Numbered from the stretch's first letter, positions 51,847 to 63,352 are shown. The stretch is DNA of 64,000 nucleotides from Ostreococcus lucimarinus (GCA_000092065.1 CP000590.1), one strand, 5' to 3'. A program made the numbers and translations. The notes: generated by a model from the sequence alone, not told the origin.

Positions 51847-53949
51847 ATGCTGACGGTGGCGCGCGCGTGTCGACGGCGCGCCGCGCGCGCGGTCCGGCGC
51901 GGCGTCGCGGACGCGCGCGCGACGCGCGGGGCGTCGACGACGACGGATCGCGCGTGGGACACATCTTCATCATCTGCGTCGGCGTCGGCGCGGACGTCGA
52001 CGGCGCGGACGACGAGGCGCGGACGGGCGACGGAGCGCCTGGCGTTCCGCGCGGAGACGAAACGATTGCTGGACATCGTGACGAACTCGCTGTACGAGGA
52101 CAAGGAGGTGTATCTGCGAGAGCTGGTGTCGAACGCGAGCGACGCGCTGGAGAAGGCGCGACACGCGGCGCTGACGGAGACGCCGAACGAGGAGGAACTC
52201 GCGATAAAGATCGCGACGGATGAGGGCGAGGGGAAGGTGCTGGTGGTGTCGGATAACGGGGTCGGGATGACGCGGGAGGAGCTGATGGAGAATTTGGGGA
52301 CGATCGCGCGGAGCGGGAGCAAGGCGTTTTTGGAGGGGTTGGACGCGGACGCGGACGCGGCGTCGAACATCATCGGGAAATTCGGCGTGGGGTTCTACGC
52401 GAGTTTCATGGTGAGCGATAAGGTGGAGGTGATCTCGAACGCGGGCGCGCGAGGGGATGGGAAGGCGTGGAAGTGGAGCTCGACCGGGGATGGAGAGTTT
52501 ACGATTGAGGAGGCGACGGAGAGCGACGAGGCGCCGACGCGGGGGACGAAAATCGTGATGCACATCAAAAGCGACGATAAACACTTGACGTCCAAGTGGG
52601 GGGTGGAGACGGTGCTGAAAAAGTACAGCTCGTTCGTCGCGTTCCCGGTGCTGTTGAATGGGCACAAGATGAACGACGTCGGGGCGCTTTGGATGAAGGA
52701 TGAAAAGGACATAACCGACGACGATTCCATCGCGTTTTACCGCTTTGTGAGCGGCGCGAGCGACATGCCGCCGTTTCGCATGTCGTTCAAAGCCGATGCG
52801 CCCATGACGATTCGAAGCTTGCTGTACTTTCCCGAAGAAAATCCCGAACGCGTCGCCGGATTCGGCGGGCAGACGAATTCGGGCGTGTCGCTGTACGCCA
52901 GGCGCGTGATGATTCAAGAGAAGACGGAAAAATTGCTCCCGGCGTTTTTGCGCTTTGTGCGCGGCGTGGTCGATTGCGAAGACATCCCGCTGAACATCTC
53001 GCGCGAGTCGCTTCAAGATTCCATGCTCGTCATGCGGCTCGGCCAAATAATCACAAAGCGCGTGCTCAAGTTTTTGGATGAAAAGGCGAAGAAGGAGCCG
53101 GAAAAGTACAACAAATGGTTCGCCAATCTCGGCTTCTTCTTGAAGGAGGGCGTGTGCTCGGAGTACGCGTACAAACTCGAACTCGCAGAGCTGTTGCGTT
53201 ACGAATCGAGCTCGACGGAGACTGGAAAATTGACGTCTTTCCGCGAGTACGCCGCGCGCATGCCCGAGGGACAAGACAAAGTGTATTACATCGTCGCGCC
53301 GTCGCGGCTGCAAGCCGAAGCGTCGCCGTATTTGGAAGCGGCGAAGTCGCGGGGCTACGAAGTTTTGTTCTTGTACGCTCACATCGATGAGTTCGTGATG
53401 CAGCACTTAATGAGCGTCGCGGGCAAGCAATTGGTGAGCGTTGAAGCCGCAAATCTCGACGTCGACGGCGAAAAAGCCGACGGTGAAGAGTCAAAATCAA
53501 ACGACGCCGCGGCGTTGGACGACGCCGCGGGCGCGGAACTTTGTAAGTGGTTCAGCGACGACGCTCTCGCGGGAAAGCTCAAGGAGGTGAAGCTGAGTAA
53601 CAGATTGGTGAGCTCTCCCGCGCTCATCTCCGGACACGAGCCCGAAGCCATGAGACGGTACCGCATGGTTCAAACCATGGCGAGCGACGCGGCGGCGAGT
53701 AAAAAGCTCGCCGAGATGTCCAACGACTTCTCCATGATGACGCTCGAGTTGAATCCGAAACACGAAATGATCAAAAGGATCAACGCCGCGCGCACGAGCG
53801 AAGACGCCGGCACGCGAAGATTAGCCGCGCTGGTCGCCGAACAAATATTTGACAACGCGCGCGTCGCCGCGGGATCTTTAGACGATCCTCGAGCGATGCT
53901 CGGTCGTCTGAACGAAATTCTCGAAAAGACGCTTCCGGCGAAGGAGTAG
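51847..53949 (+). CDS. TRAP1: Mitochondrial HSP90 paralogue TRAP1
   Basis: Extended collinearity with TRAP1: FRAETKRLLDIVTNSLYEDKEVYLRELVSNASDALEKARH, GTIARSGSKAF, IGKFGVGFYASFMV, LRFVRGVVDCEDIPLNISRE, KLTSFREYAARM, NPKHEMIKRIN, DPRAMLGRLNEIL. Arg-rich presequence. Start at the first ATG 51847; the ORF-track start at 51721 is non-ATG. Confidence 0.9.
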   Translation: MLTVARACRRRAARAVRRGVADARATRGASTTTDRAWDTSSSSASASARTSTARTTRRGRATERLAFRAETKRLLDIVTNSLYEDKEVYLRELVSNASDALEKARHAALTETPNEEELAIKIATDEGEGKVLVVSDNGVGMTREELMENLGTIARSGSKAFLEGLDADADAASNIIGKFGVGFYASFMVSDKVEVISNAGARGDGKAWKWSSTGDGEFTIEEATESDEAPTRGTKIVMHIKSDDKHLTSKWGVETVLKKYSSFVAFPVLLNGHKMNDVGALWMKDEKDITDDDSIAFYRFVSGASDMPPFRMSFKADAPMTIRSLLYFPEENPERVAGFGGQTNSGVSLYARRVMIQEKTEKLLPAFLRFVRGVVDCEDIPLNISRESLQDSMLVMRLGQIITKRVLKFLDEKAKKEPEKYNKWFANLGFFLKEGVCSEYAYKLELAELLRYESSSTETGKLTSFREYAARMPEGQDKVYYIVAPSRLQAEASPYLEAAKSRGYEVLFLYAHIDEFVMQHLMSVAGKQLVSVEAANLDVDGEKADGEESKSNDAAALDDAAGAELCKWFSDDALAGKLKEVKLSNRLVSSPALISGHEPEAMRRYRMVQTMASDAAASKKLAEMSNDFSMMTLELNPKHEMIKRINAARTSEDAGTRRLAALVAEQIFDNARVAAGSLDDPRAMLGRLNEILEKTLPAKE

Positions 53950-54055
53950 ACGCGTCGCACGTGCGAGAATCGTAGCGACCTAACAACACATTATTTAATC
54001 GATCACAACGATCCTTGACGCTATTCGCTCAAACGTCGCCGAAGCCTCGCGCGCG

Positions 54056-55027
54056 TCAGCAGAATTTCCACCGGTTGCCGCACTCGACACACGTCACGAA
54101 TGTCGTCATAGGTTCATCCGCGGAGCGCGTCTGCAGTTGATAATACGTGCACTTGCGCTGTTTGCACTTGCCGCACTTGAACGCGTCCGTGCTGGCTTCT
54201 TGTTGTTGCCCGCGCACGGCTTCCCACTCCGCCAACTCGCGAATGCGCTCGTTCGCGTTCCGTCGCTCGTTCGAACCCAACTCTTCGGGAGACAAATCGA
54301 TCAACACCCCCGCACTAATCTCACCGGTCGCTAAGTTGGTGCGCAGATCCGGATTCTTCGCATCCTTGAGATTGAAGGCCAACTGCCGCACTTTCGCCTT
54401 GTAATCCTTGCCGCCGCTCGGCCACTTCGCCGTCATCGAGTTCTCAATCTGATCCACGATCGACGCCAACTTTTTCGCATCCACGCTCTCAATCTTACCA
54501 TCCGTCACGCACAGCGCCAACGCGTCGGCGAATATTTCCCGCGTTCGATCCCTCGCCGCGTCGTTCACGCGCGTCAACCGCTTCTTCACATCCGCCCTCG
54601 CCTCGACCAACGCCGCGTCCTCCTCCTCCCCCCCACCGCGCTCTTTCGCCGCCGTCTCGACCTCGCGCTTCACCTCCTTCGTTTTCTCGCTCTTCCCGCT
54701 CGTCTGTTCGACGATCATCGCCGTCCATCTCGCCTTGACCGCCGCCGCCGCGTCCCGCACGCCCTCCGCCTCGTGTCGCTTTCGCAGCTGATTCACAATC
54801 TTCCCGCACGCCGCGAACCGCGCGTCCAGGAGCGTCTCCCTCGGCAGCGCTTCCTTCGACAGCGTCAACACCCGTCGCAGCGCGTCCACCGCTCGGCCGC
54901 TCTCCCCCGCCTTCGCGTCTCGCGCCGCTCGACACAGCGTCGCGATCGTCTCGAGCGAACCCTCCCGCGCGTCTTCGTCCGCCGTCCGCGCGTCGCTCGC
55001 GCCTTCTTCGCCGCCGTCGACCGCCAT
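54056..55027 (-). CDS. TFIIS: Transcription elongation factor TFIIS (S-II)
   Basis: C-terminal zinc ribbon FKCGKCKQRKCTYYQLQTRSADEPMTTFVTCVECGNRWKFC. Central domain (RNLATGEISAGVL...LSPEEL). N-terminal LW domain. First ATG at 55027. Confidence 0.8.
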   Translation of the reverse strand: MAVDGGEEGASDARTADEDAREGSLETIATLCRAARDAKAGESGRAVDALRRVLTLSKEALPRETLLDARFAACGKIVNQLRKRHEAEGVRDAAAAVKARWTAMIVEQTSGKSEKTKEVKREVETAAKERGGGEEEDAALVEARADVKKRLTRVNDAARDRTREIFADALALCVTDGKIESVDAKKLASIVDQIENSMTAKWPSGGKDYKAKVRQLAFNLKDAKNPDLRTNLATGEISAGVLIDLSPEELGSNERRNANERIRELAEWEAVRGQQQEASTDAFKCGKCKQRKCTYYQLQTRSADEPMTTFVTCVECGNRWKFC

Positions 55028-55342
55028 GTCGACGCCGGTCGTTCGCACGCGCGCGCGACTCCGCGCGAGCGCCGCGACGCGCGACGGATCGCGACGCGAC
55101 GCGTCGATGAGTGACGACGCCGCCGCGATCGGGGGAACGACCGCCGTCGTTTCGACGCGGCGTCGCCGCAGAGCGCGACGCCGCGCCGCGCGCGACCGCC
55201 GTCTCGCCGCTCGAGCGCTCGGAAACGGTCAAACGTAAAATCCTTCGCGCGTCGACGCGCTCGAGCGGCGCGACGCGCGCGACGAGACGCGTCGAATCGC
55301 GCGAAAAGACGAAAGACGACGGTTGGTGTCGCGGCGCCGACG

Positions 55343-56188
55343 ATGGCGCCGCGACGCGCCGCGCGGCGACCGGCGACGACGGCGGCGACGACGATGACGC
55401 TGGTCGTGATCACCGGACCGTGCGCGGGACGAGAGTTCGAGCTGCGTCGCGACGGCGAGAGCGCGATCGGGCGAACGAAGCGAGGGAACGCGGTGTGGAT
55501 CAAGGGCGACGGCGCGGTGTCGCAGTCGCACGCGACGTGCCGGTGGTGCGCGAAACGCGAGGCGTGGACGATCTCGGACGCGGGGTCGTCGAATGGGACG
55601 GAAGTGGACGGGAAGGACGTGGAGGAGGGAGGCGAGGGGGCGACGCTGAGGGATGGGAGCGTGATTAAATTGGGGACGGAGACGACGGTGGTGTGCCGAA
55701 CGCGAGCGGCGGACGAGAGGGGCGAGGCTGGAACGGTGGGTGAGGAGGAAGATGAGGAAAACGGAAATCGTGAAAACGCAGTCGTGGTGAACGAGGGAGG
55801 TCGAGGCGCGGTCGGCGACGGCGGAAAGGCGTCGGCGGCGAAGACGAAGAGCGGCAAGCGAGACGCGTACGCGTTCGATTTGGACGAACCGAAATCGGTG
55901 ACGAAAGTCGCCGCGGCGCGGAAACGCGCCAAGGCGACGACCGTGACCGCGAAACAAGCGCACGAGTCGACGACTGCGGCGAGCGAAACCGCGGAGGTTG
56001 CGACGAAGGCTGAGTCCCGAGCCGCCGCCGAAGTCGGCTTCGACGTTCCCACCGTGCACGAGTACGCCACCGCGCAGCTCGAGCGCCTGCAAGCCGTCAT
56101 TCGCGCCGACGCGCGCGCCAGCGTCGAAGCCTTTCGCGCCGACGCGCGCGGATTGCTCGCAGACCTTCTCCAGGACATCAAAGCGTAG
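55343..56188 (+). CDS. FHA (forkhead-associated) domain protein with acidic/lysine-rich C-terminal half
   Basis: FHA core: LVVITGPCAGREFELRRDGESAIGRTKRGNAVWIKGDGAVSQSHATCRW...WTISDAGSSNGTEVDGKDV...GSVIKLGTETTVV. Confidence 0.6.
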   Translation: MAPRRAARRPATTAATTMTLVVITGPCAGREFELRRDGESAIGRTKRGNAVWIKGDGAVSQSHATCRWCAKREAWTISDAGSSNGTEVDGKDVEEGGEGATLRDGSVIKLGTETTVVCRTRAADERGEAGTVGEEEDEENGNRENAVVVNEGGRGAVGDGGKASAAKTKSGKRDAYAFDLDEPKSVTKVAAARKRAKATTVTAKQAHESTTAASETAEVATKAESRAAAEVGFDVPTVHEYATAQLERLQAVIRADARASVEAFRADARGLLADLLQDIKA

Positions 56189-56454
56189 CGCGCGCGTCCG
56201 CGCCAATCGGCGCCGAGCCAGCTGGCGACATTCGCGCCGCGCGCGCCGTCGTCCATCACCCGACGCCGCATGTAACACCGCACCCATTCAATTCGCACGA
56301 AACACTCTCGATTTAATATTTTCTAAACCACCAGAGCGCATCTCGCGCCTCGTCGACCGCGCGCGTCGCGCATCCGCGTCGCGCGCTCGGCGACGTCGTC
56401 CGCGGCGCGCGCCGAACGACTGCGACACTTCGCGGCGCGGCGCCGCCGCGCGCG

Positions 56455-59163
56455 ATGTCGAGCCTCGTCCGCGCGCTGTCGCGACGCGTCAGTCGCGCGG
56501 CGCGCGAGGCCGCGGACGCCCCCGAAGACGCGCCCGCGCCCTCGGCGCCGCCGTTGAGCGCCGAAAGCGCCGACTCGGCGAACGACCACCTGACACCGTC
56601 GCCCGCGCAAGAAATGACGAAAACCGCCGCCGCCGACGGCGACGCGGCGTCGAGCGACGCGGAAGAGACCGCGCTCGACGCCGGCGAGGTTATTCTCGAG
56701 CGAGACGACGCCAGGGTGCCGGTGCTGCTGAAGCAAACGTCGTCGACGCTGCTGCCTCGCGACGAGGCGAAGAGGCTCGAACGAATGTTGTCGACGGATG
56801 TGCGGGACATGATGGCGAAGGAGGTGTGGGCGTGTCGACCGTCGACGTTCATCAGACTCACGATGCGGGCGCCGGTGCTGATGATGATTTTGTCGATTAT
56901 TTTTTGGGTGGCGGCGGGCGCGTACGCGCTGGTGCGGAAACCGCCAAAGGTGGAGACGGATGTCGCGGGATTTAGCATTCGCGATCATCCCACGGCGAGG
57001 CTTAAGGATGCGATTTGGAGCGCGGAGAGTGAGTCGGAGTTTAATTGGGACGCCATGTTGACCGCGGGTGGGTCGGCGAGCGTGGGGACGATTCCGTACG
57101 TGACGAGTTGGCTCGATTCGGGTGGATATTTGACGTCGCCTTCGGCGGTGCGAAAGATGCGTCGATTGCAATCGTACGTCGCGACAGAAAGACCGAGCTC
57201 ATATAGTTCGTTTCAGCTCGTTTACACGTCCACGCGTGGGGAGAATGTGTTACGCGAGGAGGTGATGAAATTCGCGTTGGATTTGGAGGGCAAAATTACG
57301 CGACTCCCGGGCTACGCAGAGACGATGTGCTTGCAGATCGCAGACACGGAGTATTTAGGCTCGAACGGATGCACGCCGCCAAATTCCATAGCACCTTTAT
57401 TCTTCGCGACGACGGTGAGCGGGACTTACTACAGAAATACCGTCGATGTCACCATGAGTTTGGCGTCGAGGGGGTTGTATGTCTACGTCGACAAGGATTT
57501 CGACGCCGCGAACGGCACCGCGTCGTCGTTTAGAACGAGCTTTCCAATCGGTCAGCCTAGTAAGGCAGTGTGGAAAAAGTGGATGAAGAGCACTCTAGTT
57601 CCGTTTTTACGAGCAAACACGAGAGATGAGGCAAAAGGCATTCGATGTCTCTATGGGGGCAAAGAAATCACCCAGTATGAAGCCGATTTGGCAATCTTGC
57701 ACGACGCGAAACTCATCATTGCCGGCTTGTCGCTCGTGGTCGTGTACACATACTTTCACACCGGCTCTGTTTTCATCACGTTTGCGGGAATATTTGAAAT
57801 TATTCTATCTTTTCCCGTCGCGTACGCGTTTTACGCATACGTTTTGAAGTTGGAGTCGATTAGCGTGATGCAGTTTTTGGCGATTTTCATCATACTCGGC
57901 ATCGGCGTCGACGACGTCTTTGTATTTTACGATTCTTTCGAGGATGCTTCGCGCGCCGTGGGGATACGCGGTGACACCCTCGAAGCACGATTAAATTATG
58001 CTTATGATCACGCTGGAAGAGCGATGCTGGTGACTTCGATGACTTCAGGCGCGGCATTCGCCGCAAACCTCGCCTCCGCCATTCCGGCGGTGCAAATATT
58101 TGGTGTCTTTATCGCTGTGATGGTTTTGGTAAATTACTTCCTCGTCATCACCTGGTTTCCCGCATGTTTGTGCGCGTACGAGCGATACTGGCGAGTTTCC
58201 AAAGATTTCAACTATTGTGGCCTCGGAGGCTTGCGTACGAAGCACCTCCCTTCCGCTGAAATGGATGCTCGCGCGGCGCAACGCGCCGAATCTTGTTTGA
58301 GCTGCATCAAGCGTGTCGCTTGCTTTGGTCAAAAGTTGAACCAATATCAAAACGTCATGGCAGCGCAAAAGAAGAAACGTTCGATCTTTACATGGAGAAC
58401 TTACGGTGCATACTTGGATGTTTTCAAGTACATCTTGCTCGTCATTTGCCTCGGATCGATGGCAGTGACTGGATATTTCTCAACCAAGACGGAGGCGAGC
58501 GGGCAACCGCCAGAGCTGTTTCCGGCAGACTCGAATCAGCAAATGTTCATCAAGTGGACGGAATCGCAATTCGAGAGCGATAAATTCGCCTGCACGAGCT
58601 TTGCGCACTGTCAGCAACAGGCTGGGACTGTGCTACAGCAAAACGGTGTGACGCTGTCGCCGCCGCCACCGTCGCCGTCTCCTCCTCCTCCTCCCAGGTC
58701 GCAAGTCGGAACCATCACTTCTCCAGAGATTGATCAATTAGCAGACGTAGTATTCAATACTTTCGACAGCGACGCGAATGGTTGGCTGGACACGACGGAG
58801 TATGACTCTTTCGCAGCGGCGGTAACGACGACGACGAGCCTACCACCCGCGAACACCGTGATGAGCGCGTACGGCACGCCGCAAGGTGTCACAAAACCGG
58901 GATTTGTTCTCGCCCTGGATACAGCTGCTGGCGTAAACGACGCACCGGTACTAGATGCGTATTCGCTCCTCGTCTTAGGCACAGCAAGATCGAGCCCTCC
59001 TCCACCAAGTCCACCGCCGTCACCCCCGCCTTCGCCGCCGTCACCGCCGCCACCCCCGCCTTCGCCGCCGTCACCGCCGCCGCCGCCGTCACCGCCGCCA
59101 CCCCCGCCTTCGCCGCCGTCACCGCCGCCGCCGCCGTCGCCGCCACCGAGTTCCAATCCATCA

Positions 59164-59195
<32 letters not shown>

Positions 59196-60777
59196 GTCAC
59201 CGCCGCCGCCGCCGTCACCGCCGCCGTCACCGCCGCCGTCGCCGCCGCCGCCGCCGTCACCGCCACCGTCGCCACCGCCGCCGGAGGCGCTCCAAGCTGC
59301 CGAGCGCGTCGCGGGGACGAATTACGAAAAGGCGCAACTCGTGTGGGGCATCGAAGATATTCAAGACGATTCTGCGCCATATGCTCCGCGAGAGGTTGAC
59401 GCTAATCCGGTGGTCAACCCCGCGTTTAACATCGGCGACCCCACGACTCAAGTCCGCATGTTGAAGTTCTGCGAAGCGTTGCAAAACAGAACGGACCTCG
59501 CGAGTTCGTTTAAGGAGTGCCCGATGCAGATTCTCAAAAACGTTGGAACGACGCTTTCATACCCTTGGCCGATGAGCTCGGCGCAAATCTTAAGTGTCAT
59601 CACGTCCATCGCGACGCAGAATCCCGGGTACAGAAAAATCTACGGCTTACAGACGGTGACGTCGGGCGGCGCCTCCACCCAACGCGTCGCTTGGGTCAAG
59701 GCGAACTTCTTGTCGGGGATTCCATTTCGAATGTCGGCGACGAAGCTTGAACAAGAATATTTCAAGTTTCTCGATTTCATCGCCGAGTTTGAAGCAACAA
59801 CGTTTCAGTACTCCGCGACGAATGCGAACGGGTCGGTGACGCTCCATTCCGCCCCTCCCACGGCGTCGGCGACAGTGAGAGTGACCTCCGAGTGTTGGGT
59901 GCGCATGGCAACGGAGCTGCAAGCCATTCGAGGCACGGTGAGCTCGATCGCAGTGTCCCTCGCGTTTGCCGTTTTCGCCACGCTCATTTTCACCGGCGAC
60001 GTCTTTGTGGCTCTCATGGCGCTGCTGAGCATGCTCGCCATCATCCTCGCCGTCATCGCGATTCTAGTCGCGCTCAAGGTGAAGTTTGGCATCGTCGAAG
60101 CGATTTCGCTCACAATTCTCGTCGGCATCTCTGTCGACTTCAGCTTGCACTTGGCCGAGTCGTTCACGCGCTCACACTTCACGAGTCGCGGCTTGCGCGG
60201 CGTCGACGCGGTCTCGCGCGTCGGTTATCCGATTTTCTCCGCCGCGATGACGACCATGTCCGCCGTCATACCGATGCTTTGGTGTCAAGTCCAAGTTCTC
60301 GTGCGCTTCGGACAAATCATTCCTCTGTGCATCGTGATGTCGTTGGTGTACGGCGTACACTTCTTCCTCCCGATGCTCATGTCGTTCGGGCCCAACGTTC
60401 CCGGCGGCGGCGCCGGAAAATGGTTGTGCCACATGGGAAAGCTTCCCGGCTTGCTCTTCAGCACGCAAACTCGCCGCATGATTTTCCTCGTCGCCTCCGG
60501 CATGATCTTCGGCTTTTTGCTCCCCGCCACGCGCGCGCTCCTGTACGAGGACGGCGGCTCCGCCTTCGCCGTCGTCGCCGGCGGCTTCGCCTTCCTCTCC
60601 GCCGTCGCCGTCTTCGTCGAGCGACGATGTCATCTCCGCGCCGTCGCCGCCGCCGACCCCTCCGCGCGGTCCCACGTCGCTCGCGCCGCTCGACTCGCCG
60701 CCGCTCGACTCGCCGTCCCCGCCCCGCGTCCGCGTCCCGTCGACGCGCGACCTTCGCCTTTGCCCTCGCGCGCGTGA
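56455..60777 (+). CDS. RND-superfamily membrane protein with sterol-sensing domain (Patched/Dispatched/NPC1-like 12-TM topology). Its large second extracytoplasmic loop carries a canonical EF-hand and an extensin-like (S)Pn block.
   Basis: SSD signature GIGVDDVFVFYDSF. Second RND repeat with ISLTILVGISVDFSLHLAESF. Multiple predicted TM helices. EF-hand loop DSDANGWLDTTE (58769..58804). (SPPPP)n at 58990..59283. Confidence 0.7.
58990..59283 (+). repeat. Coding proline-rich repeat ((S)P3-5 extensin-like, ~100 residues) inside the RND/SSD gene
   Basis: SPPPPSPPPSPPPSPPSPPPPPPSPPSPPPPPSPPPPPPSPPSPPPPPSPPPSSNPSSSPPPSPPPPPSPPPPPSPPPSPPPSPPPPPSPPPSPPPP read in frame. Confidence 0.85.
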
Positions 60778-61045
60778 AAACACTTCAGACTTTTTTTCCC
60801 GCCAAAAAGCGAGTCGACGTCATGGCGAACGCGTCGCGCGTCATCGCGTCACTCTCCCGCGCGTGTCATCGCGCTTCGCGCGCCGCGACCGACGCGCGCG
60901 ACGCGCCTCGGACGCTCGCGTCGACGACGCCCGCCCCTTCGCGCGTCGCGATCGCGCGTCGAATCGCACGCGCGATCGATTCGAATCGATTGTTTAAACA
61001 ATCTTATCGCGTCGCGTCGCGATCGCGATCGCGCGGCGCGACGCG

Positions 61046-61795
61046 ATGTCGAGCGCGCGCGCGACGACGCGCGCGACGATCGCGTCGAGGTCGGTGACGG
61101 CGAGGCGCGCGCTCGGCGCGAGGGCGGCGCGAAAGACGACGCGGCGACGCGCGAAGGGCGACGAGGCGACGACGGCGGAGACAGCGCTGGCGGCGACGAA
61201 TCCGACGGATAAAAAGTACGTCGCGTTGAACGGGGTGAAACTGGTCGTGGACTTTGAGATGCACTACGAGACGAAGTTTGGGGAGACGGTGTGCGTGCTG
61301 GGGAGCCACGAGGCGATGGGGGCGTGGGAATTGGAGCGGGCGACGGCGCTGGAGTGGCACGAGGGGTCGGTTTGGAAGCTGAGCGTGGAGTTGCCGGCGG
61401 GGGGGGTGTTCTTTTACAAGTACATCGTCAAGGGCGCGAACGGTGAGGTGTTGCGGTGGCAAGACGGAAGTAACTCCATGCTCGTGCTTCCGGAGAGCTG
61501 GAACGTGCCGAACGGATCGCACTACCTCGTCGAGGATAACTTTGCGGGCGTGCCGAACGAAACGACGGAGATTTCCGAACACTTGCTCGCGGGTAAGCTC
61601 GTGGACGCGCAAGGCGAAAAGACGCAATTGTTGCAACAACTCGAGGTGCAAAAGACGATGACGCAAACCGCGCTCGAAGAACTTTTGCTCGCGCGCGAAG
61701 ATCTCGCCAGAGCGCAATCAAAGTTGTTGTCGGCGTCTTCCGAAACCGCCGCCTACGACGTCAACAATGGCAACCAAAACGGATTCTCCCGCTAA
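61046..61795 (+). CDS. CBM20 starch-binding domain protein with C-terminal coiled coil, plastid transit peptide
   Basis: CBM20 fold signature KYVALNGVKLVVDFEMHYETKFGETVCVLGSHEAMGAWELERATALEWHEGSVWKLSVELPAGGVFFYKYIV...EVLRWQDGSNSMLVLPESW. Then heptad-rich LLQQLEVQKTMTQTALEELLLAREDLARAQSKLL. N-terminal S/T/R/A-rich presequence. Confidence 0.7.
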   Translation: MSSARATTRATIASRSVTARRALGARAARKTTRRRAKGDEATTAETALAATNPTDKKYVALNGVKLVVDFEMHYETKFGETVCVLGSHEAMGAWELERATALEWHEGSVWKLSVELPAGGVFFYKYIVKGANGEVLRWQDGSNSMLVLPESWNVPNGSHYLVEDNFAGVPNETTEISEHLLAGKLVDAQGEKTQLLQQLEVQKTMTQTALEELLLAREDLARAQSKLLSASSETAAYDVNNGNQNGFSR

Positions 61796-61942
61796 TTGCG
61801 CGCCGCGAGGCGCCGCAACCGTCGATACTTTCAAGCAACGCGATAAACTGTATTTCAACGAAGTAATATCCAAGTCAAGCAGAATCATTTCAACATTAAA
61901 CGTTTCTTTCTTCTAACGCATTCGCCTCGAGCGCGCGGCGCG

Positions 61943-63352
61943 TCATCGAGCGTCTAGCTTTTCACGAATCGCGCGCACGACCTCTTCCGCATTCGCCTTC
62001 GCGGACACTTTCCCAGCATCGATTGTATCCGGAATTGGGGCGGGAAACGGCGGAAGGAAACTCAAACCGGCTAAATTTTGTGCCCACTTGTACGGCTTGG
62101 CGTTGGATGGCGCGCACGAAGCGTCAAACGTAAAATTGGGTGCCACCACGGCGACGGCGTGATTCGGCATCTCAGACCCGTCGTCATCTGGAAACAATTC
62201 TCCGAGAAATTTCTCATCTTCCGGTTTCGATGACACGACGACGACGTGTAATTTCGTGAGATAGGTGAAGAAAACTTTCGTAGCACCAAAGCCGACCTCG
62301 ACTCGGAGTGGATGTTCCTCATATAACGACGACGACGCACTCGCCGCTTGCCGCCCGCCCCTCGCTTTCCGCTTTTTGCTTCTACGATTATTCTCAGCAC
62401 CTTCGTCCACGAGTTCGCCCTCCTCTTCGCTTGCCTTTTTCTGCTTGAAATTTTGCGCGTCGTCGATTCTCCCCACCAGTTCGACTTTGATTTCCTCTTC
62501 GTTCTGCTGCAAGTGCTTCAACTGCGCGTACAGCACGTGCAACGGCACTGGAAGTAGTCCGATCCGCGCGTCGAGATCTTCCGTGCTCGCGTACGCGAGA
62601 TCAAACATTCGCCTCAACGGTTCGGCAGATTTGCGCACATTCGTCATCGTCGCCTCTAAACTCCCCCCCAACAGCTTCTTCTTCTCCGCTACCTGTTGTT
62701 GTAACGCCGCTAACTCCGCTTTCAACGCGTTTTGTTCCTCTACCATCTCCCTCCGCACGATGAGCTCGTGCGCTAACCGTCGCGTCATCAGTTCGTATTC
62801 GTCCCGCGGCTTCTTCGTCGGCAAACCGCGTCTCTTGGCGTCCGCCTCGTACTCCTTCAATTCCATCAACTCGATCCCTCCCGCGCTCACTCCCCCACCA
62901 CTTCCCTCTGCATCCGCGTGTCGCTTCAGCGCGCTCTCTCGCCACGCTGTCTCGTACGCCACCGTCGCCGCGCGCACTCGCGCCGGGTCCGTTTCCTTGT
63001 CCCGCCGCCGCGTCCCCGCCTTGAGGTATTCCAGTCCCATCAACGCTCGCCTCTGCGCCGTTCGCACGCTCGCGAGCGTCTTCATGCACGTCTCTACGGT
63101 AGGTTTACGCGCATCGCTCGTCTTCGTTCCCTCTTCGACGAGCTGCGCGACGTTTTCGCGCAATTCTTGCGTGAGCTCTTGAATCAGCTCAAACTGTGCT
63201 TCGGTGCTCTCGGGCGTCGCATCCTCGGCGTTGGGCGCGGGCGAGGGCGCGCCGACGCGCGAAGGGACGTCGAGAGACGTCGTCGTGCGATGGGCGGCGA
63301 CGGGGGAGGTTGGTTCGCTCGGTGCGCTCGCGGCGCGCTTGCGCGGCGGCAT
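61943..63352 (-). CDS. Coiled-coil protein, possibly THO complex subunit 5 (FMIP)-like
   Basis: 469-aa ORF. Long heptad regions and a conserved-looking LPVPLHVLYAQLKHL segment. Assignment to THOC5 is by gestalt only. Confidence 0.3.
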   Translation of the reverse strand: MPPRKRAASAPSEPTSPVAAHRTTTSLDVPSRVGAPSPAPNAEDATPESTEAQFELIQELTQELRENVAQLVEEGTKTSDARKPTVETCMKTLASVRTAQRRALMGLEYLKAGTRRRDKETDPARVRAATVAYETAWRESALKRHADAEGSGGGVSAGGIELMELKEYEADAKRRGLPTKKPRDEYELMTRRLAHELIVRREMVEEQNALKAELAALQQQVAEKKKLLGGSLEATMTNVRKSAEPLRRMFDLAYASTEDLDARIGLLPVPLHVLYAQLKHLQQNEEEIKVELVGRIDDAQNFKQKKASEEEGELVDEGAENNRRSKKRKARGGRQAASASSSLYEEHPLRVEVGFGATKVFFTYLTKLHVVVVSSKPEDEKFLGELFPDDDGSEMPNHAVAVVAPNFTFDASCAPSNAKPYKWAQNLAGLSFLPPFPAPIPDTIDAGKVSAKANAEEVVRAIREKLDAR

